NCBI RefSeq assembly: GCF_963921235.1 | Contig: NC_086097.1 | Location: forward strand, 244,530,001-244,594,000 | Reading direction: 5' to 3' | Length of the DNA stretch: 64,000 nt | Source: Mobula hypostoma | Taxonomy: Eukaryota | Part shown: piece after piece, positions 11,401 to 23,400 of the stretch | How the letters are laid out: each line of letters starts with the position of its first letter | How positions within the stretch are numbered: the first letter of the stretch is position 1 | Notes under the pieces: generated by a model | Database searches by the model: none | What the model saw: only the letters and a program-made list of their open reading frames with translations | What the model was told of the DNA's origin: nothing | Translations under genes and position numbers: made by a program

Positions 11401-14400
11401 TTTGAGATGCACACCATTGGGAGCATTTAATAGGTAGTGGGAGCTTACCCCACTATGTCTCCTGGCTATGACAACCTTAAGGAACCTAGACTTGGGATTG
11501 TATTTCAGTAACCATACAGAGTCAAAGTTCAGCAAAAGCCACTGTTCTGAAATAAAAATCAGAAAACCCTAGAACTCTTGAGCAGGTACTAAGCATCCAC
11601 AGAAAGGATTAAAATCTGATCAATGAATTAAAAGTTTGTGCAGATTTTTGTTCTTTCTGCTCCACACTGCTAAAGCCACCTTCCTTATTTGTTGCATTCC
11701 TTGTGGTATAGAGTCATACAGCAAGGAAACTGTCCATCGAGTCTCGACTGACCACAAGGCAACCATTTTTTGCTAATCCCATACAGATCTGATTTTATTC
11801 TTCCCACAAATCCATTAACATCCTCATCAGGAACCTACACGTTAGAGGCAAGTTACAGTGGCCAGTTAACACCCTAACAACCTGTGGGTCTTTGAGACAT
11901 GGAGGTATCTGGAGCACCATGTGGTCAGAGGGCTGTTGTCCAAACTTTACACAAACACCATAAAGGTGATGGGTCTTAAGAGAAGAATTTTAAGGTTTAT
12001 CTCAACAATTGTCTTTTTATATATTTGTTAACAACCAGCACAAACAGGATGTGAAGCTTTCAAGTATCACTACACATACCAGCGCCAACATAGCAAGCCC
12101 AGAGTATTCAACAAAACCACACGCAACTAACATACAACATGCACCAAGATGCAAACAAGACAAAGGAAAAGCATGGTTGAACTGGTGTACTATGAAGAGA
12201 ACTTGTGAGTACTATGTTCATGTGGCTGCTATATGAGCTTTTTAAGCCAGGTTTCAGAGCTGGAACCAAAAGTCTTGAATGACTACTGACCTCACACTTC
12301 TCACTGCTGCCATCAGGAAGAAGGTACTGGAGCCTCAAGCCCCTTACCACCAAGTTCAGGAACGGTTATTACCCCTCAACCATCAGACTCTTGAACCAGA
12401 GGGGATAACATCACTCACCCCAACACTGAACTGTTCCCACAATCTATGGACTCATTTTCAAGGATTCTCTATCTCATGTTCTCAATATTTATTGCTTATT
12501 TATTATGTTTGGTTTTTTTTGTATCTGCAGTTTGTTGTCTTTTGCACATTGCTTGGGTGTCCATCTTGTTGGATTGTCTCAGGATTGTCAATGATATCAT
12601 ACATGTACTTTGAAAATAAATTTACTTTGAACTTTTAAAAAGCAGGTAGGGTAACTCAACAGTGGGAGTGGTTTGGAAGTATTTAGATAGCTGATGATTA
12701 CTTTCTAATACATTTTATACTAACCTTAAACTAAACATTTTCCCTCCAGAGAACAGTTAGGTCTATTCTAGAATCAATACAATGAAGCTGCCTTTTCCAA
12801 ATTAAATTGGATTCTTGAAAGTCCAAAGTCAAGAGAATAAGGTTGAGAGAGACATGGATCAGCCACGATGAAATGGCAGAGCAGACTAGATGGGCTGAAT
12901 AGCCTAACTCAACTCCTATGTCTTGTGGTCTACGATTCTTCTTCAAAAAGAATCAAAACTAGACCCAACAGCCAAAAGAGCCCTCTCTCATTGTGATCTT
13001 ACCAGCAAATTTCTGACTCATGGGAACGTTGACAGGCGTGGATTTCACCAGTGTAGCTTTTCCGATGGCCTCCAAGTCTTTCACATCAGGAACGCGATCA
13101 TGATAAATGAAGTCATTATCCTTTTTCGCCGCAGTTAATGCACGGGAGATTTTGTCAGACAGATCTTTCACATTGATATACTCATCATACCTGGAGGCAA
13201 CATTTTTCACCAAATCCGATCCATGCTGAGTTAAAAAAGGAGAAAACAGTGAGATCGCGGGTAGCTTAAACAAGTACATTTAAAAGTCAAGTCTTGATTT
13301 AGATTGCTTATATAACTAAAGATTAGCTTTACTAAAAATTAAAGATGAGTTTTTTTTGTCACATACACAGAAGCCCGCAAGTGTTGCCATGCTTTCAGAG
13401 CCAACATAGCATGCCCCCAATTCACTAACCCTAACCCGTACTTCTTTGCAAAGTGAGTGGAAACAAGAGCACCCAGAGGAAACCCACACAATGACGGGGA
13501 GAAAGGACAAACTCCTTACAGGCAGCAGCAGGAATCGAACCTGGGTTGCTGATCGTAGTAAACTGTTGGGGTTAGCACGACTCTGTTAGAGCTCGAGTGC
13601 ACTCCTGCTGTTCAACTCTGGCGCCGTCTGTATGGAGCCTGTACATCCTCCCTGTGGAATGCCCAGGATTTCCCTTGGGCGCTCCAGTTTCCTCACACTG
13701 TCCAGAGACATCGGGTAGGTTAATTTGTCATCGTAAATTGTCTCATAATTAGGTTAGGGTTAATTGGGTTTGTTGGAGGTTGCGGCTCAAAAGGCCGGAA
13801 GGGCTTATTCTCAGTCGTATCTTCAAATAAAATAAATTGCATTAAGCGCTATGCTACTATGTCATTGATAACTGAAGGGAACGATGAAAAATTGGATGAA
13901 GCTACAGCAATATGAAACTTTAGTGAACTTCAGTTCTGAGTGTTATTTGTTTACTTTTTATTGTTGGCAAAATTTGTGCTGAAAACCACCATATCTAGCA
14001 CCAACAATGATTCCACAGTCAAAGTCACTCAAGTCACATTTCTTCCCCATTCTGATGGCTGATCTGAACAACAAGTGAAATCTTCTTCCTATAGATGCTG
14101 CACCAGCAATTTTTATGTGTATAACTGAATTCTTTGACCATGTCTGCACGACTTTCTGTGGTGAGTTGCTGCTTCAGGGAGAGCTGGCTAACTGGACATC
14201 CTGACTGGCTTGATAGTGAGAAGCAGTCAGGAGATCCCTGACTCATGGTTTGCCGCAGGTGTCCGTGATATGCCCATTGTTATTTGTTATCTGTATCAAC
14301 GATTTGGATGTGAATGTACGAGGCGTGGTTAGAAAGCTTGCAGTTGTCAGTGAAGGTAGTTATCAGGATCCCCTGAGGATTGCTGATCAGGTGGGTAAAT

Positions 14401-17400
14401 AGGCCAAGGAATGCAAATAGTTTAATTTGGATAAGTGCAAGGTGGGAAGATGAATGTGGGTAGGACTTTCACAGTGAATGGTATAGCCCTGGGGAGTGTT
14501 GTAAAACAGAGGGATCGTGGAGTACAAGTACATGATTCCCTGAAAGTGGTGTTGTAGGTAGGGAGAGTCATGAAGAAGGTGCTTAGCATGCCAGACTCCT
14601 TCAGTCAAAGCACCGAGTGAAGTTACATTGCAATTGCACAAGGCATTGATGAGGCAACTTTTGGAATATTGTGTTCAGTTTTCATGTTTAAGAAAATGCC
14701 ATTAAACTGAAAAGGGTGTAGAGGAGACTTGCAAGAATGTTACCAAACTTGACGGATTGAGTTGTTGTGCAACTTGGGACTTTTTTTTAAACCCTGGAGC
14801 ATGGAAGATTGAAAAGATGTTAAAAATCATGAGAGGCATAGATAAGATTAGATTGGATTCAACTTTATTGTCATTGTGCTGAGTACAGATACAAAGCCAA
14901 TGAAATGCAGTTAGCATCTGACCAGAAATGCAAAGAATAGTGTTAATTACAAAATAACTGTGAATAAAAATTAAGTGCTACAGGGTCAATGTGCAGTCTT
15001 TTTCCCCAAGGGTTGAGGAATGAAGAACTACAGGGCATAGCTTTAAGGTGAGAGGACCTTAGAGGCAATGTTTTCACCCAGAGGGTGGTCTGTATAAGGA
15101 AGAAGCAAGCTACCAGAGGAAGTGGTTGAAGCAGGTACATTAACAAGATTTAAAAGCCACTTGGACAGATACATCCTCAAGAGAATAGTCATAGTCATAC
15201 TTTATTGATCCCTGGGGAAATTGGAGAATGACAGCCTTGTCGTAGTTTGGTGACTTGTGTGCTTCAATGACCCAGAGAGCTATGCTGGCTGGAGTCAGGA
15301 CTTTGTGCTTTGTCTCTTGGTAGGGTCACCCATGTCAAACAGGTCAAAGGGGAAAGGCCAGACTAAGAGTGGACCACCAGTCCCTCAGGTTCAGGTGTTT
15401 AGCTCAAGGCTAACAAACCTGACTGATAAAACATAATTGTTACGGAAACAGCATTGAAGAATTCTTCTATATGTGAGTGTGATGGTATTCCTGAATGCCC
15501 ACCAAGACTTGCATGAAGACAGTAGAGAAAACCCAGGGGAAGCTACTGATGAAGGAATCCCTGAACACCGCCAGAGATGGAGGACCTTCATTGCTGCCCT
15601 AAACGTCAGTGGTGCATCAGGCAGTAAGAAAGTAGACAAGTACATGAATAGGAAAGGTTGAGGCACATGGGCTAATCACGACCATCATTGTTGTCATGAA
15701 CAAAGTTGGGCAAAGGGTCTGTTTCCATGTTGCATGACTCCTTGACCCTAATAACCACAGTGTGAAGATTAATTTTTATATGAGAATGGCAGAGGACAGA
15801 CTGTGATTTAGCAAAGAGAAAACAGTAATAAGGCAGTAAGGATCCAGTTTTAACACAACATTGCAAACAAATAAATGTATGTTTTTTCCTCCCCCAGGGG
15901 GAGCTCGAGTAATTGTACAACCTTGAACAAGGATGGCTGTAAAGCTGAGATCCTGAAGTAGAAAAGACGTGTGAAGTGGCACATTTAAGATCATTAATAT
16001 GAGCAGAAGTTTTAAATTCAATTGTAAAAACATGAACAAATTCAAATCTCTATTCTGTGTACGTGGAAATATGTGTTTCAGCTGATAAAATAAAACCTAG
16101 AACACCACATCTAATATACCATTATTCCTAGGATACAGATTTAAAAATTAGACCACGTCCGCACTAGACTGGATAATACTGAAAACGCTGGTTTTGCGTA
16201 AAAACGATAGGCGTCCACACCAAGCGTTTTTGAAAATACCTCCGTCCACATTAAAACGGGTATTTGGGCGAATCTCCTCCTACTGGGCATGTGCAGGACA
16301 CATCTACAGAAAACAAGCGACATGTTTGGTGTCGAATCTCGCTGTGAAAGTGTGTGTTTGTGCAGTTACAGACTATAAAAACTTAAAAGGAAATTGCCAA
16401 ACGATGGACAGCTGTTGGCTCTCGCGCAGGAGGACTTAAAACTAAAAAGAAACAAATACTGGAACGTATGGAGGCAACGGACAGTATGACCCGGCTGATG
16501 ACAAACGTTGAAAAACTGACTAACTGTTGCATTAATAAAGCACCTTGTTAAATGTATAAAACATGTCTGCATCAGTGTTATCTTGTATTTCCATACAATG
16601 CTACATTAGGCTGTTACACATCTATTGTCAGAGAAGTACTTGTATAAATAGGTAAACCACCTTCATACAAGCAAGGACAGAAAACAGGGCAAACTGAGTA
16701 TACTTATTTATTCCTTCCTTCAGTTAGTCCTGACGAAGGGTCTCAGCCTGAAACGTCGACTGCGCCACTTCCTATAGATGCTGCTTGGCCTGCTGCGTTC
16801 ACCAGCAACTTTGATGTATGTTGCTTGAATTTCCAGCATCTGCAGAATTCCTGTTGTTTGCATTTAAATTCACTACTGCGAAGCCTCTTCCGGTGATGCC
16901 TACACCGAAGAAGTTTAGATCCTCTCTTCGACGGGAGTTCAGTGAAACCATCTCTCACTGCTCCCCATCTGTAATTTCTTCGGCTCTTCAACTTTTCGAC
17001 CCTCCCTTCAGTTAGTCCTGACGAAGGGTCTCGGCCTGAAACGTCGACTGCGCCTCTTCCTCCTATAGATGCTGCTTGGCCTGCTGCGTTCACCAGCAAC
17101 TTTGATGTATGATACTTATTTATTCAGTAAGCTATGGGTCAAAGTATTTGGTGAGTACATTTCTAACTCTTCTGGATTCAGTCTCGTTGCCGTCTGTTCT
17201 GAAATTGTTAGGTTGTGTTGGGAGGTTGTGTTCAAGAAAACAATGAAATGCGGTGCTGCCGCCATCTGTTCCGGCACGTCATGACAGTGTTTTTAAGAAT
17301 ATCCGGTTACCCCGTCCACATTATTCTGCGCAACCGGTGTTTTCAAATTTACACACTCTGGAGGGCGTTTTAGAAAAGCTCTGTTTTCAGGGGAGGAAAA

Positions 17401-20400
17401 CGCCATTTCAGTGTGGACAGAGGGTCAAAAAGAAAAAAAGCTTTGGTTACGGATTTATATGGTCTAGTGTGGACGTAGTCTTGGACTGACCAAGGATTCT
17501 CAGCCAAAATTTTTATGGTTGGAGAGACCACTTGTAATAATAGGGCCATTAACACCATGATAAATGATATCCACTCTTTACTTTAGCATTACTCCAAAGC
17601 AGGGGTTCCTAATCTGAGTCCCACAGATCCTTAGATTAATGGTATAGGTCCATAGCATTATAACGTTTGGGAACCCCTGCCCCAGAGGGATACTTTAACT
17701 GGTCACTGATAACTTACCTGTAATCTGGCAATTTCCTCACCAAACTTTTTCTGCTGCTTGGCCAGAAGTGACTGGTGGAACTCTGCACTGGCCTGCATCA
17801 TACAGTGTTTTGCAGCTAGAACAGGTAACACTTCCTGGAAATAAAAATACTGACCAGGGGAAATGTCCAACCACAAACATCCACAGACAACAAGGGAATC
17901 AGGAAAGGGAAAAGAGAGAGGAAATTAGAATCCCATTAATGGTTTTTAGGAAGTCCGATAGGTTAATTCATTTGGAGTATAAATTGAGCAAAGTAACTGA
18001 ATGGCTTGAACGTTTTGGGAAGGCAGCTCTTTCCTTTAAAACTAAACTTCACATGAACATTTTATACCAGTTGTATATAATTCATTTGTCAGAACTGAAG
18101 TTTGCAGTGCAGAATTTCAGAATTTGTTTGTGTGCAACTGAGAAGCACACAATAAATAGCTCACTCCCAAATCTCACTCCAAGCCACTGCAGGTCACTAG
18201 TGATAGATTGCTCATCAAATCAAACAGGTTCCTCAGTTATGGTTACAGTATTTTGCTGTCAGTCATTCAGGGCAATGGACATTATCAGATCACCAAGTCA
18301 CCATTGTTTCAGATTTTTAAAAGATACTTGAGCCCAGACAATAGAGTCAAAGAAAGAAATTACCGTATATGCCTATGTGCTTTCAGCAGTAGTTTACCCT
18401 ATCACTGTTGCACGGAGGCGATACATTTTTAACTTCACACCCTGAACCTTCAACTTAAAGGAAGCAAAACTTGCACAAACACAAGAGATTCTGTAAATGT
18501 TGCAAATCTTGAGCAACACACTAACTGTTTGTTCTCCTCCATAGATGCTGCCTGATCTGTTGAGTGCATAGTCAACAAAAGATTACTATATCAAGTAGCT
18601 CCATTATCCATTCTATAACATCTTCAATATTTCAAAAACGTCATCTCCTGAGGACCACACACCACCTTCTCAGTCATTAAAAACCTCTGATGAATATTAT
18701 GCATAAAACCATCATGAAGGGGGATAAAAAAACATGGCTTTGAGCGCTCAGGGCCATCCTTGGATTAGATACACCATATCACACTCAGGTTCGTTGGTCA
18801 GATTAAACCACAAATGTTCCTTCTAATGCAGGGGTTCCCAACCTTTTTCATGCCATGGACCAATACCACAAAGGAAGGGGGTCTGTGGACCCCAGATTAG
18901 GAGCCCCTGCTCTAATGCATCATTATTTATCCATCTGCCACTTCAGCTACCTTATACCATCCATACCACTGAGACAGTCAATTTCATTCCAAATAGAATT
19001 TTGCAGGAGCTTTGTCTCATAGACTTACATACAAACTACACTGGAATTAAACTGCACAAGCACAAGAGATTCTGCAGATGCTGGACTGGAAATCCAGAGC
19101 AACCGACACACATAAAATGCTGGAGGAACTCAGCATGACAGGCAGCATCTATGGAGAGGAATAAAGAATTGACGTTTTGGGCTGAAACCCTTCATTAGGA
19201 AGGAGGGTGAAGGGTCTCAACCCAAAAACAGCGACTGTTTATTCATCTCCACAGATCCTGCCTGACCTGCTGAGCTCCTCCAGCATTTTAGATAGATAGA
19301 TATACTTTGTGTATTAAACTACACAACTATATTTTGCACTAGATCCTCATAGCCATGTGCTGCACAATCTGAACTCTAACACTAATTTCCCCAAACAGCA
19401 AGCAGTGCCCAACCTATTATGTCAGCATTTTAAATGGAGTTAGGTCTTTAGATGTTAGCAATGCTCTACCACTTTTAAAACTACATCAAAAACATTAAAC
19501 TGACTCAGCCCTCCTGACAGGTCCACAGCTGAACACACTTTCCAATCTTACCAAGGACTCAAGTTTCTATTGAGGAGATGACAACCTGTCAAGACCCTTT
19601 AACGCTAATTCACTGAGAGATAGGTTGTCCAAACATACTTTACCAGAAGACTTCTACAGCTTGTATTGGAATTGGTTTATTATTGTCATATGTACCAAGA
19701 TACCACATCCCCATATTTGGACATAATCCAATTCAGGTTCTCAAGGAAGCAAATATACTAACTCCTAACAATAATCAGCAGCAAAAACAATTTTTCGTGT
19801 CATTTTTGTAGAACTAATGCTCCAGTGCACAAATTATTTTTGAACATAGAGCATTACTGCACAGTACAGGCCCTTCAGCCCACAATGTTGTGCTGACCTT
19901 TAACCATCTTGAAGATCAATCTAACCCTTCAGGACATTTTTAAGGTTGCAAATTTCAACTTCAGTAAATGTTGTCATTGATGCATGACTAAACCAAGTCT
20001 AAAATTTGGTGTCCAATTGCTCAAGTATAGTCAGAATCTGGCACTGGTGAAATATACAGAAGAAAAATATAGCCCGGACAGAGATTAACAGCAATCTGTA
20101 ATAACTGTGAACATTGAAAATATTTGCTGCAGATCCCACAGGAAGTTGCAGTGATATTATAGAGGACAGAAAGATGGAATAGGATAGATAGGATAGCGAG
20201 AGAGAGACAATTTGGTTGTTTTGAGGCACACTTATCTGCAAGGCGAACAGGAATTTGAAAGTTAGCAGACCATAATAAAATTCAGAAATATGCAACACAT
20301 TGCACCGAAAATTTAACATTAAAAAACAAGATTACAATTAAACTGCACACATCAACCGATGAAAAAAAACCCAGCCCACTATCTAAATCATGCTCTCTTC

Positions 20401-23400
20401 TTGGTGGAAGGTCGTACAGGAGCCTCAGGACCACACATCATCGGGTTCAGGAACAGTTATTAGCCCTCAACAATCAGGTTTTTGAACCAGAAGGAATAAC
20501 TTCACTTGCCCCATCACTCAACTGTTGCAACAACCTATGGACTCACTTTCAAGGACTCTTTTCTCAGGTTCTTGATATTATTTATTTATTATTATGGGGG
20601 GGGGGGCGTTCTTTTTTTTTACTGTGAATGCCTGCAAGAAGATGAATCTCAGGATTTCACATGTACTGTGATCATAAATTTTTACTTTACTTTGTACATT
20701 GGTTTCACTAATTTTGGCAAATTTAAATTGTTAGACATGAAAATTCAAGTTCACATAGGTAATATGTATCTTTATTCTTAACCATCTTTACCGATAGCCT
20801 GGTTATTTATTGTTTTGTATTTGTTCAGCCAGATTTCAACAATGACATTTTCAGATTCAAGTTTGTTCTTTTATATTAACTTGCTATTTTGGTAATGCAG
20901 CACCATGCTTTAACAAGTGGTTCCCCTTCTTCTTGAATGAAAGCCTTGTTTGCTTATCCACAGTAAATTATACATCTCCTACTCTCATCAATGCCTGATA
21001 ATTTCTTCTAAGAAACTGGATTTCTGAGAACTCCAAACAGCCATAAAGTTGGGAAGTATACTTTTACTTATTTTTGCATTTTGTGTGAACTTCAACTTTC
21101 CTCAATATTTTGAAATCCTCAAAAATGCATTTAAAACTCTACCCAGAGTAAGGGATCAAAACTTTATAATACAGTAAATACAAAATAATTGTTGAGAAAT
21201 AACAGACACTGGACATTTTCAACTAGTAGGAGAAGCTATAAACTAATGGGACATGTTAACTCAAATTAAGCTTTAGTTAGCATTTAGGATTACAGCTGTT
21301 CAAGTACAAATCAAACTTTGAAGTCTACTTCCCTCAAATTTAGGGAAGGAGGGATTGCAAAGCTTGTGGATTTACATTCTTCTGAGGCAGTTGCACCAAA
21401 TCCAAAGTCACATCAGCAGGTTGTGCCAATATATTGCATTGAAGTTTCCATTAGGGGTCAAAAGGTTATGGGGAGAAGGCAAGAGAATGGGGTTGAGAGG
21501 GATAATAAATCAGCCATGATGGAATGGCAGAGCAGACTCGATAGGCTGAATGGCCTAAATCGGCTCTTATATCTTATGGTCTAAAACTTGGAACTGTGCA
21601 GATTATAGAGCTTTATAAGATTCTTACGTGGGCACGTGGCCAAGTGGTTAAGGCATTCCACTAGCGATATGAAGGTCATGAGTTCGAGCCCCAGCTGAGG
21701 CTGCATGTTGTGTCCTTGAGCAAGGTACTTAATCACACATTGCTCTGCGACGACACTGGTGCCAAGCTGTATGGGTCCTAATGCCCTTCCCTTAGACAAC
21801 ATTGGTGTCATGGAGAGGGGAGACTTGCAGCATGGGCAACTGCTGGTCTTCCGAACAACCTTGCCCAGGCCTGCGCCCTGGAGAGTGAAGACTTTCCAGG
21901 CGCAGATCCATGGTCTCGCAAGACTAACGGACGCCTTTTATAAGATTCTTGCAAAAATATGTGTTACCAAAAATTTCAGTCTTTTCATATAAATATTGCT
22001 CTATAACTAATTTATAATGGCAAGCAGCTTATTATAATCTATTTTTATTTAGAGATACAGCGGGGAACAGGCCTTTCTGGCCAATGAGATGCACTGCCTA
22101 GAAACTCACCTAGATAACCCTAGTGTAATCACAGGAGAATTTACAATGACCAATTAACCTACTAGCTGGCCATGGTGTAGTAGCATGCATACCGGACTTC
22201 GGGGCGAGTGGTCCCGCATGCTAATTGGCCAGCTCCCTGCACATTTTCCATCCGTGCTGGGTTGAACGTCGAGCTGGCAACTCAGCCTCACAAAAAAACA
22301 GACCAAATGCTGAAGAAAGGGAAAGGTTGCCGCCCAATGCACCACAAGGTGTGGAAAAGAACAACGCAATTAACCTACTAACCAGTTTTGTCTTTGGACT
22401 GCGGGAGGAAACCGAAGCACTGGCAGTCATAGGAAGAGCATACAAACTCCTTACAGAGAGCTCTGGAAATGAACTTCCAACACCCCGAACAGCAATAATG
22501 TTGTGCTAACCGCTATGCAAACTTTGGTGCCCCAGTATTGTGGTATAGGTGACTAAAGAAAATGGAAGCTGGATACTCTCGTGTAAATCCACATTTTTTG
22601 TCTACAATGCACCACTTTATCAGGGAAGCAGAGAGCGGCGATAAACTACTGGACACAATATGAGCCCTCCCTGCCCACTAGGATGCTGTTGGGTTCATGA
22701 TTACCTGCTTGCTGCTCAAGTTTAGTAGGCACAAGTGACTACCCAGTTCTCAATGACATTTTACGTCGTGTATTCTAATGGGAGTCGGATCCACAACTGG
22801 AAAAATAGATTTTTACTGAGGGAGGGGGGAGATCTACTTTGCAGATACCCTGAAGAATGCAATTCAAAGAACTCTAGGTAAGTGGGATCAAAGGCATTTG
22901 ACTACATTCTCAGGAGGGGACAAAACTCAAATTTATTTGCGACATTACACTTCCACCATATTTTAATCTAAACTTCAGTTTATTATGGTTCCTGTTGAAC
23001 ATAACCTTGGTCACTACACATCCTCAGCTTCAAAGGGTATCACTGCCCTACATATTGTGTTCACACTGATAAATCAGCTCATAATTCTAATTTCATGTAA
23101 GAAATGCAACTGTAATGTTTATAAGCTTTATATACAAAACTTGTAGACCCAATTTATTCCTGTGGACCCAATTTGTTCTGGGTTATTTCTACTGGCAAAG
23201 CTGATTCTATCAGGTCAAACTATTGCATTACCTACTTCATTTACAAATCAAATAGAATGTAGCACTGCATATAATTTAAACTTACCTTAGGCAAATTTTC
23301 CTTATATTGGCATTGTTTGAAGGCATCACCATAGTAATCTGCAGCTTGATTGGCTAATTTAGCTATTATTGCGTCTTTCATTTTATCTGCAAGACAGAGG

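Larger units (their letters stand above)
16714..17111 (+). mobile_element. Penelope-like partial tandem repeat with two hammerhead motifs
   Basis: 14-bp TSD ATACTTATTTATTC (16700-16713, 17112-17125); direct repeat with a 288-nt period. Confidence 0.85.
16151..17480. mobile_element. PIF/Harbinger-like non-autonomous DNA transposon containing a Penelope-like insert
   Basis: TIRs gaccacgtccgcactagac and gtctagtgtggacgtagtc with extended subterminal complementarity; flanks TTA and TTG (degenerate TWA TSD). Confidence 0.7.

Noticed and set aside
17768..18331. 187-aa plus-strand ORF as a novel antisense gene
   Set aside because: GTG start, overlaps exon 7 antisense, no recognisable domain or splice support; likely chance.
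21626..21700. Functional tRNA gene
   Set aside because: The A and B boxes run into SINE body sequence with a TSD and a second dispersed copy; it is a SINE head.
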